Part shown: positions 17,515-26,790 of the stretch, one piece after another
How positions within the stretch are numbered: position 1 is the first letter of the stretch
Layout of the letters: each line of letters begins with the position of its first letter
DNA from: Cyanophora paradoxa CCMP329
Taxonomy: Eukaryota; Plantae; Glaucophyta
Direction: 5' to 3'
DNA: 26,790 nt
NCBI GenBank assembly: GCA_004431415.1
Contig: QPMI01000613.1
Location: 1 to 26,790 of the forward strand
Notes under the pieces: model-generated
The model's input: the letters and a program-made list of their open reading frames with translations, nothing else
Databases searched by the model: none
Told to the model about the DNA's origin: nothing
Translations under genes and position numbers: made by a program

Positions 17515-18522
17515 AGCCCCGAGCTCTCGCGGACTGCGCCCCGCGGACATCTGCGGGCGGACATCTCAGAGATAGTTGCGAGAGCCGCCCGGCCGCGCCG
17601 CCGGCTCACCTGGCCCGAAGAGCGAGGCCCGCCGGACGAGCCCCGAGCTCTCGATCCGCTTCGGCGCCCTGCGGGCTGCGGGCGCGCGCTACGGAGGGCA
17701 TCTGCGTGAGGATATATCTCAGAGATCGTTGCGAGAGCCGTCCGGCCGCGCCGCCGGCTCACCTGGCCCAAAAGACCCGCCGGACGAGCCCCGAGCTCTC
17801 GATGCGCTTGGGCGCCCCGCGGGCTGCGAGCGCGCGCTACGGAGGGCATCTCAGAGATCGTTGCGAGAGCCGTCCGGCCGCGCCGCCGGCTCACCTGGCC
17901 CAAAGAGCGAGGCCCGCCGGACGAGCCCCGAGCTCTCGATGCGCTTGGGCGCCCCGCGGGCTGCGGGCGCGCGCTACGGAGGGCATCTGCGTGCGGATAT
18001 CTCAGAGATCGTTGCGAGAGCCGTCCGGCCGCGCCGCCGGCTCACCTGGCCCAAAGAGCGAGGCCCGCCGGACGAGCCCCGAGCTCTCGATGCGCTTGGG
18101 CGCCCCGCGGGCTGCGAGCGCGCGCCACGGAGGGCATCTGCGGGTGCATATCTCAGAGTCCGTTGCGAGAGCCGGCCGGCCGCGCAGCCAGCTCACCAGG
18201 CCCGAAGAGCGAGGCCCGCCAGACGACCCCCGAGCTGTCGATCCGCTTGGGCGCCCTGCGGGCTGCAAACGCGCGCTACGGAGGGCATCTGCGGGTGCAC
18301 ATCTCAGAGACCGTTGCGAGAGCCGCCCGGCCGCGCAGCCGGCTCACCTGGCCCAAAGAGCGAGGCCCGCCGGACGAGCCCCGAGCTCTCGATGCGCTTG
18401 GGCGCCCCGCGGGCTGCGAGCGCGCGCTACGGAGGGCATCTGCGGGTGAATATCTCAGAGACCGACGCGAGAGCCATTCGGCCGCGCCGCCGGCTCACCT
18501 GGCCCAAAGAGCGAGGTCCGCC
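17515..18522 (+). repeat. Tandem array of a ~151-bp GC-rich unit (~6.5 copies)
   Basis: The ATCTCAGAG anchor recurs at 17563, 17716, 17848, 17999, 18150, 18301 and 18452 (periods 153, 132, 151, 151, 151, 151). Confidence 0.95.
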
Positions 18523-19916
18523 GTCTGTGAAGGAACCCGTGAGACTTCAAGTGAACCTGCCGGGCGGGGCGAGCGCACCATGCACGATGTGAAGAAGACA
18601 GTCTTCAAGTGAGCACTTGCCGTCCGGAGGGCATTGATAGCCCAAGGCAGGGCGAGCTTTTTCAGTTCGCCTGAATCGGACGTCCCACTGCGGCCAGCGC
18701 GGTCAGGGCGGCCAGCGCAGAGCCATCCAAGCAATAGCGTACGTATACATCCTCTGATGCTTCAAGGAGCCGATCGTCTATCCAGGCCGGCCAGCGAGCC
18801 AGAGGCGCGCGATGGGAGTGTTAAAGCTCTGCGCGGTCCGTGAACGCGGCGCAAGACCGCGGCGCGTGAATAAGCGGATCGGGAGGGATGAACGATGTTG
18901 CAAGCAGCGGTGCGGGCGCGATGTCAGCCGCGGGCGCAGAGCTCGTGGAATTCACCTGAAGGCGCTCTCTCCCGACCGGCGCCCGGTCCCGAAAGGCAAC
19001 AGAACTGTGCTGCTGCCTCGCGACTGCGTCTGTTGTGCGCTGCACCTGCAGACTGCGCTTTACGAGCAGCTGTGGGCCCCCGTTGCGTATACCCCCCACG
19101 GGTTTTTTTAGATCCGCGGTTCGAACGTCAACATTAACGCGGCCCGAATTCGAAAGCTAGCGCGAGTCAAGGCCTCGCGCGCAGTCGGGAGTTGAAAAAC
19201 GCATCCGCGCTCATTTTCGGGTGCCCGGCGGCGCGCTCCGGCGACATGCATGGACGTCGACTTAACTTGCATGCATATGCACGATGTATGTCCCCGTTCT
19301 CGGCAGCCGGGCAAGCTACGGGCTTGCCGCTAGCTCGAGCGCGTAGCTATATAGAGGAGGCCTTTCCCGGTTGTCTCCAATTTTTGCAACTCGTTCCGGT
19401 GGGCAATCCCGGTCGTGGCCACAGGGAAACCGATTTGACGAGGCGGCATATGAAGGGGTATATACAAATGAGCCGTTGGCGAATATTCCAGGACTAGGAA
19501 TGTAATTGGGGAAGGGAAAATCACTTCCCCTGTCCCTGTCCCTTGGGCCCAACCCTACCAAAATCCCATTTCCCCGACCTCCGCAAAACCCGGGCCGCGC
19601 GGTATATCCTGAAAGCGCATCTCAAGGGGACCCCGAAACCGTGTCTCCCGGTCCCTTCCGACCAAAGGGTGATCCACGAACAGGCACCAACACCCGGGAC
19701 AAAAACGGGTCCAGCGAGGCATATGGAGCAGATATACGGGCCGGACCAGTTCGAGGTCAATGCTTGCATTATGCCCGACATTCCGTACTGCAAGAGCGAG
19801 GCCGGGCGCGAGCGCGGTCGCGTAGGAGGACGCCGCGCGTGCTAGCCAATCGCATTGGAGAGTGCGAACTTACCCTGCAAAAACCTCTTCGAGTACCCCA
19901 GCAAGTCGCGCGGGAA

Positions 19917-20775
19917 ATGCTGTCGAGCAGCGCGCTGGGAGGACGCCCGCGGGGCAGCGGTGGCGCGAAGCCACCGCCCGGCATCGCAATTGGAGTCGAC
20001 ATCGAGCCAGCTAGCCAGCCCTGCGGCCTACCGGGTTGTGGCGGGTCTAGGCGCCAATACGGCGGCAAGTGCCTCCACTGTGCCCAGCATTTCTGCACGA
20101 GAGACGCGCTTTACAGTCATGTGCTGCGATGTAGACATCCGGCGGCAAGCAGCGCAGCCGTGAAAACCCGGGCAGCTGGCGCCCACGCGTTCAGCGAGCG
20201 GCCTGAGTGCGGGGACTGTCAGCAGAAGAGCAAAGCCACCGGCAGCAAAGACGTGTGGGGCTGTGACCTCTGCGCTGCCCACTTCGTGCGCTTCGGCCGG
20301 CGAAGGTGGTGGCACACCACGCAACTGCATCCTGTGAAAAGAACAGCTTACGTGGTACGCGGTCATTATGCTTTCGCAGCGTTCGAAACTTACCTTTTCG
20401 CTACGTGTATACGCTGTCGCAGATGAGCCGGAGCTGCAGAGCATCGCTGCGCGCGCGGAAGCCGCGACCGCCGCCTCAGCGCCTGTACACGTCGGTCCGC
20501 GAGGCGCACCAAGTGCTCGACTTGCGATGCAAGCTCACAGCGCTCAATCGCAGAGCACGGGCAGCCGGCTGCTGCGGGATCGATTCCGCCTGCTGGCAGT
20601 CACAACCTCGCCTCGCGGCGCGGCTGCAATCGCTGCACGGACAAGCAGCTGCAAGCGGCGGCCGGTGCGAACGTCTGGGGCTGCGACTACTGCGGCGAGC
20701 ACTACGTCGGCTACAAACCATCGCGCGTACACGCGCATTTCAAGACTTGCAAGAAGCGAGGCACAGCCAGTGCAG
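19917..20775 (+). pseudogene. Disrupted gene fragment with duplicated Cys/His Zn-finger-like modules
   Basis: KCLHCAQHFCTRDALYSHVLRC; ECGDC...VWGCDLCAAHFVRF; second copy GCNRC...VWGCDYCGEHYVGY...HAHFKTC. Probable intron ~20352-20422, donor GTAAG at 20775, and frameshifts. Confidence 0.5.
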
Positions 20776-21654
20776 GTAAGCCAGGCCAGTGCACAGCTCT
20801 CTAGCCTGCGCTGCCGCACATCTCATTCCTATACTTTCCTTTGCACAAGAAGAGTCTGGGACGGCGAATGATGATGGCAGAGGTGAGCACCGATTAGTAA
20901 TCTGTGCCAAAGCATGCTGCTCACTCCAATTTTGCAGGCGAGAACACAGTCTCCGATGAAGCGCATAGCCAGAACGGCTTTTGTGCATCTCAGAGTTATG
21001 TGAATCATGACCATCGTGATTCCCTTGTCCCTGAAAACCCTGAATCCCCAAGGGCGGAGAGAAGACCAAGGCCGTGCAGTGACAGTGCAGTCCCGCACGG
21101 GGCTGCCAAACTGCAGCCCCCCCCGCCCATTTTGTGCGAGTCTTGTGCGCGCTGTGAATGCCAAGCCACTGCAGTGCAACAGTCCCGTTCACATGATTAA
21201 ATTCCCTTCCCCGGACCCAACTGACGCGCGCGGCAAGTCAGTGGCTCTTTTATATATAGCTAGTAGCTGTCTGGCTAGCAGTGGGCCACCGGTCGAATCC
21301 ATGGGCTCAGTCAGATAGGCAAGTGACGTCGAGAATCGAAATCGAATACCGAAGCTCGAGATCGAAACCTATAAATAGCTATAGCTAGGTCTACTTACCC
21401 TACCGCAGTAAGATCAAAGATCAAAGTGCGGGCCGTGCCCGGAGGCTCGCCCGCGGCCGTTCCCGCCACGGACTGGCCGCTAAGGAGAGGATGCTGCCCG
21501 AGGGGCCGGAACCCCAATGAGCCCCGGACCGGGAGACCGGTACCGTGCCCCATATGCATCCAGCTCGAGCTCACCCTCGTCGAGGCCCGCACCCCGCCCG
21601 CCCCGCCCCCTCCCCCGCCGACCCCGCGGGGTCCGGCAGGTCACCGGGTCTTGT

Positions 21655-21701
21655 AGAGGGCATGGCCCATGCAGAGGGCTGGCCCATGCAGAGGGCATGG
21701 C
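21655..21701 (+). repeat. Short tandem repeat AGAGGGC(A)TGGCCCATGC x~2.5
   Basis: Read directly. Confidence 0.7.
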
Positions 21702-22339
21702 TTAATAAGGGAGTAGAAGCCGAGGGCCTAGCGAAGGGCTAGAACCTGAGAATACAAGCCGAAGAGCCGAGCGAGTCGGAAAAGTGGATGGCACAGCTAA
21801 CAGAACGGGGGAAGAGATTCTCAAATGCATGATAATGAATGAGCAGGCAGAGGGGGGAAGGAAATGTCCAACTCGCTAAAGTGCCGGGACGCGACTGGCG
21901 CGAGCCCGTCAAAACGTTGCGAGCTGTTGATAGTATCCGCAGCGTGACAAGACCCAGGGCACAGGAGAGCCGAGAAGTCAATCAGAACTGCGCTTACAAC
22001 CCCGTCCAATCCATACCTTATCTGCGCCGCTTAACTTGTAAGTGATGTGCACGGGCACTGCACGCCTCACCCAGAATCACTGAGGCTCTCTGGAAAAGAA
22101 ATTCGGCGGAAAGAGAAGGAAAGAAGACTTTGTATTGGAGACTGGCGGCTCGCTTCGGTCGGAAGCCCGGGCTATCGGTCTAAGTGCTGGAGGAGCCCGG
22201 CGGCACAAGACAGAACACTAGGCGACTGGACGAAGAATCGACTTACGAAGCTTCCATTGTGAACATGTACAAGCAAAGCCCTTAGAAAGAAGGGTCACTG
22301 CAGAACCAACTGCCCACCTAACGCCCAGGGATGCAATGA

Positions 22340-23115
22340 TCACCGGCGACGGCGCGGGGGAGATGTCCTGCGCAGGCAGTGAGTAAAGGGCGGCAAAATA
22401 ACAGGCGACGCATCTATAGAGCATGCAACTGCGGGGAGAAACGCACCGGCGCCGCTGGGTGGTCTTCCGGCGGATGGGGCCCTTGGAGAAGGCCCAGTCA
22501 ACCTGCACGGTCTGCTCGAGCAGCGTTGCCCCGTTCATCTCAGATATCGCCGCCTGCGCCTCGTTGAACTTCTCGTACTCGACCAGAGCGTAGCCCTGAG
22601 CAGATGCGTGGCCGCATGGGCGGGGGTTGGTGAGTACTCGCACGGCGAAGGCGTGGGGACGGGGTTCGCTAGCTGACCTTCACGAAGCCGGTTCTGCGAT
22701 CGAGGTTGAGGTGAAGGTTCTTGACCTCGCCGAACTCGGAAAACTTCTCAAAGATGTCATCCTCCTGGGCCTCCTCATGCACGCCAGTTACCATCACGAT
22801 CCATCCCTCGACAGCTAATCAAGCGAAAGAAGAACAACCGGAGAGGCAAGGCGCGAAGACGAAGTCAGCCGAGGAACCATTGCGCGAGGAACAACGGGGC
22901 TCACATCGTTGGGGACCCGGGCCACTGCCGCTATCCGGAATGGACTCGAAGACGCCGCCGCGACCGGCGTACCGCTCCTTCGCCTCGACGTCCATGGCAG
23001 AGTTGTTCGCGCCTCGGCCCTTGATCTTCCGGCCTGCGGCATCGTGTCCGCGGCGAGGTGCCGCCTCCGCACCCTCGTCGAGCATCTCATCTTCCAGCTG
23101 CTCGTCGTCCGCCAT
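22340..23115 (-). CDS. RBM8A: RNA-binding protein 8A (Y14), exon junction complex core
   Basis: Exons 23115-22905, 22814-22678, 22595-22447 and 22367-22340 give KIKGRG...[60 protein letters not shown]...VDWAFSKGP...[12 protein letters not shown]. Confidence 0.97.
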
Positions 23116-23603
23116 GTTGTCTTGAGTATGACTGTACCCGGGCAAGAATCGTCCCCCTGGGTTTGCCGCGAAAACTTTGCACCTGTCTTAGCTGGAGACG
23201 CCCGCGTCTCAACTGCCCAGGAAGAGAGGATAGAGAAGCGCAACTCAGGTTCGAGCTCGACCGCGAGTGAAGACGACTGACAAGTTTCAAAAAACCACTT
23301 GTCAGCTCGCCCTTCTCGGCATGCCGGCCTGAGGCGCTTGGTGCAGGCGTTACGTACTCCTGCAGATATCCAATTTCCGCCCGAACATAGACTGAAGCCG
23401 TTCGAGGGTCCCTTCAACGGACCAACGACACCGGTCAATCGCGTACCCGTCAAATTCAGTGGCTTCCCAATCGAACGCGCCAAGCGCGGGAGCGACTCAC
23501 GACAGCAGCCAGTGAAGCCCACCATCTCCGATAGTCACTTCTAGCGTATAGGGCGGATTGCCCGGCGCGGAGGCTCGTGAAGCTTTTCCCGCTGGCCGAG
23601 GTG

Positions 23604-26600
23604 ATGCCAGCGATGAAGCTCACCGAACGAGACTCCAGCGCTTATCTCGCGAATGTAAGAGTCTCGTGTGAGGTTCTCCGACATTCTGCGCCAGTCTAAT
23701 GCCGGGCGGCAGGTCAACCCGTCGCCCTCTCCGCAGCCTTCGACCTCCTTCGTCGGGGGCGTCTCCGCGGTCTTTCCGGCCGGTTCCCTTCACTCCTTGA
23801 AGCATACTGGAGGTCAACCGACGATCCGGCGAGCGGACGGGCCGACCCCTGTCTCTGAGCGAGGTGATTCACGCTTTGCTGACCTTGGTGGGAAGATATC
23901 CCATCACTTCGGCTGGTGTTCTGACGCATCGTTTGGGCGATGCAGAAGCTATCCGCGTGCGGGAAGTTGTTCGCCAGAAGACCAGGATTGCGCGAGCGCG
24001 GGAAGTCGCGAACACGGCCCTCTCCTCGCGCGGTGCCTGGCCGCAGGGCGTTCTTCGGCTCCAGCCTCGGCAACGGATCTCTCCTTCATGCATCACTTGT
24101 TCAGCTAACCGCAAAGACGGGGAGGCAGCGCCTCAGGCTCAACCCCGGCTCAGTCGGGGTCAGACCGGCCGGACCTTTTGGCTCCGCGCCTCAGCAAGCT
24201 CTGTTGCGGATCCGCCTTCTGAAGCTGAGGATATCGCTACGGAGTCGGAAGAAGAACCAGCGGATGAGGATTCTGTGGAACGCTCGAAACCTCGACAGCA
24301 GCAGCGCCGGCGGGCCCGACTAGCGAAGTTCTCCGTGCGCGGGGCTTCTCGAATCTTTTCGAGTGCGTTGGACCAGCCGTTGAGCGTGGCGAGCCAGCGT
24401 GGGACCTCAAGTTGCGGCGCACTTACGACCTGCCGTTGACATCACAAGATATTGTCCTGTTCGCGCGTCGTGAGGGTCTGGAAGCTCTTCGTCACTGTTT
24501 CTCCCTTAATCAGCCTCGTTATCCCTCCCCCGATCATCTTCGCCATCTGCGCGGCGATCTTCGCGCGTACGACTACCGCCGGCCCAACGGCGTCGCGGCG
24601 GCCGCGCGACGCTTCGCGGAGAAGCCACCAAACCCTCGGGCGATCGTCGTCGGAGCCTATACGCGCGCGGTGGACGGTGTGATCAACGCCTGCCGGAGTG
24701 TGAGGCGCGGCGTCCAGGAGACGGCCGACAACGCGCGGCAGTCAGTCGTGCGCGGCGTCAACAACGCGACGGGTGCCGTTGCGCGCGCGGCGGAGCACAC
24801 GACGGGCTCGATCGCTCGGACCTTCGACAACGCCACGGGCGCCGTGCGGACGAGCGTGACGAACACCGGCCGCTCGATCCACAGCGGCGTCACGGGCGCC
24901 GTGGGCGCGGTGGCGCGGACGGTGGACGGGACGGTCGGCGCGGCGGGACGGGGCGTGGTCTCGGTGGTGGGCAAGGTGCTCCCCGTCGGGCGTGCCGCGG
25001 CGACCGTTTCGGCGGTGGCGGCGGCGCTCGTGTCGGACCCGGGCCCCATCCCCGTCGCCATCTCGGCGAACAAGACCCGCTCCATCGCCGCGCCGCCCTC
25101 GGCCATCTCCCTCCGCCCCGAGCGCCGCCAGCGGCGCCGCCCGCTCGCTCAGCGCGACTCGGGCGCCCCGCCGCCTCTTCAGCCTCCCCTCCCGGCTCCG
25201 CAAGCCCGTCTCCCGCCGCCCCCGCCGCGCCGCCGCCCCTGCCGCCGCCAGCAGGGCCGCCACCCCCCGCTCCCGCCCCGGCCCCGCCGCCTCGCCCATC
25301 TCCCTCAGCCCCCGACCTCCTCCGCGTCCCCCTCCCGGCGCGCCCGCCCCGACGCCCCCCCGCGCCTCGCCGCCCCCGAGCCGCCCGCTCCTCTCCCTTC
25401 CGGGTGGCCCCCGCCCGCAAGACGCGGCCGGCGGCGGCGATGGACCCCGTCGGGCCGCCGCCGCGGGCTGGACCCCAACGTGAGCGTCCTCGTCGACCCC
25501 GACAGCCGGTTCGCCGCCATGGAGGCCTCCAGGTGCCGTCCCGCCCCCGCCCCTGCCCGCCCGCCCCGCGCGCCCCCGCTGAGCGCCTTTGGCAGGTTCA
25601 CTACAAGATGGCGACGGCGCTGCGGGCGGCGGAGGCTGCGCCGGCGCCCGACTCTGGGGCGGTCTACATCCACGGCTTCGGCGGCTCGTCGTTCACGTGG
25701 CGGCACGTCCTCGAGCCGACCTCGGTCGTCGTCGGCGCCGCCATCGCGTTCGACCGGCCGGCGTTCGGCCTCACGTCGCGGCCCAAGACCCGCACGCCGA
25801 CGCCCGGCTCGGGGCCCTACGCGGACGCCTTCGCGGCGCGCCTCGCGGCGCAGTTCATCGACCGCGCCAAGCTCCGCCGCACCGTCCTCGTCGCGTGCGC
25901 CCCGCCCCGCCCGCTGGGCCGGCCCCGCTGACGAGCGGCGCGCGCAGGCACGCGTCGGCGGCGCCGATCGCGATCGAGGCGTACCTGAAGCGGCCGGACC
26001 GCGTCTCGGGGATCGTGCTCGTGGCCCCCTCGATGCCCCTCCCGACCCTCGCGGAGATGACGGCCGGGCCCTCGCCCATCTCCGCCGCCCTCTCCTTCGG
26101 CAAGCGCCTCGCCTCGCGCGCGGCGGCCTCGGCGGCGATCGCGGCGTCGGGGGCGGAGACGGTGCGGGCGATGCGGGAGGACCCGATGGGCTTCCTCTCC
26201 CAGGCCTTCGCCGCCCCGGAGGCCATCGGGCAGGACACCGTCGAGGGCTACACCCGCGTGCGCCCCGCCGCCCCCGCTGCATTTGCCGCGCCCCCGCTGA
26301 CGCGGCGGGCCCCGCAGGCGATGACGCTGCCGGAGTGGGAGGCGGGGATGCTGGCCTCGGTGGCGGCCAACGCCGGCGGGCCGCTGGCGCAGGACGTGGC
26401 GATGCGGCTCGCGGACATCGAGATCCCGTGCTCATCCTCAACGGCGAGAGCGACGCGGTGGCCTCCAAGGGTACGACCAGCAAGCTGCGGCGGGTGCTCC
26501 CCAACTGCACCGTCAAGACGCTGCGCGGCTGCGGGCACCTCCCCCAGGAGGAGCAGCCGGTCGCCTTCGTGCGCGCCGTCGCCGAGTTCATCGCCACCAT

Positions 26601-26616
26601 CAACGCCGACGAGTGA
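23604..26616 (+). CDS. Alpha/beta-hydrolase fold protein with a long N-terminal extension (5' structure uncertain)
   Basis: LVDPDSRF, VHYK, YIHGFGGSSFTWR, AFDRPAFGLTSRP, PVLILNGESD and CGHLPQEEQP motifs. Introns 25533-25595, 25895-25947 and 26258-26317; single-base frameshifts at ~25525 and ~26427. Confidence 0.85.
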
Positions 26617-26790
26617 GCCCCGCGGGGCCCCCCTGCCCCCGCCCTTTCCAGCGTATCCACCTACGTACCGTCATTTCCATTTCGAGCGCTGGGCCGGCCC
26701 CGCGGCCCCTCCGGCGCGCCCCGATTTTGATTTTCGCGTGCTCTTTGTGTTTGCAGGAGTACAGTTAGATGTAGGATCGAGGAACGTAGT

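Noticed and set aside
17000-17515. Precise right terminus, TIR or target-site duplication of the viral element
   Set aside because: No match to the 1.9-3.4 kb repeats is visible, and the other end is outside the window
17515-18522. CRISPR array or repeat-encoded proteins (ORFs 17576-18592, 17706-18449, 17280-17903)
   Set aside because: Units are contiguous with no unique spacers and no cas genes are present. The 151-bp period is not a multiple of 3, so the ORFs are by-products of GC-rich repeats.
18523-19900. Protein-coding genes among the short overlapping ORFs here and at 20.8-22.3 kb
   Set aside because: No recognisable motifs or consistent exon structure
1-26790. Prokaryotic prophage interpretation, and naming the host species
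   Set aside because: RBM8A and spliceosomal introns show the DNA is eukaryotic; intron style and GC content alone cannot identify the organism

Overview
GC-rich eukaryotic (protist/alga-type) genomic DNA with short GT-AG introns (about 55-90 nt, often GTGCG...CTGAC...GCAG). About the first 17 kb looks like part of an endogenous small dsDNA virus related to NCLDVs or Polinton-like viruses (possibly mriyavirus-like). Its left end lies outside the window and no capsid or packaging ATPase gene is visible. It contains compact intronless genes: a DUF5767-like protein, a T7 gp2.5-like SSB, several small membrane proteins, a YqaJ/lambda-type exonuclease and two tandem paralogues. Almost all of these share an upstream WTTTTCT(A) motif. 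At 1.9-3.4 kb there is a nested inverted-repeat structure (A-B-[AT-rich core]-B'-A') that could be an origin or fused termini. In the middle sits a divergent pair of large intron-rich genes. One encodes a D5-like superfamily-3 helicase whose Walker A motif is split by a spliceosomal intron; the other is unknown. To the right are a ~151-bp tandem repeat array, a disrupted gene with duplicated Cys/His (Zn-finger-like) modules, and two host genes: RBM8A/Y14 and an alpha/beta-hydrolase. Many reading frames are broken by single-base losses in homopolymers, including in the host hydrolase. These are probably long-read consensus errors, so the viral genes may be intact. Family assignments come from motif recognition by eye; no database searches were run.
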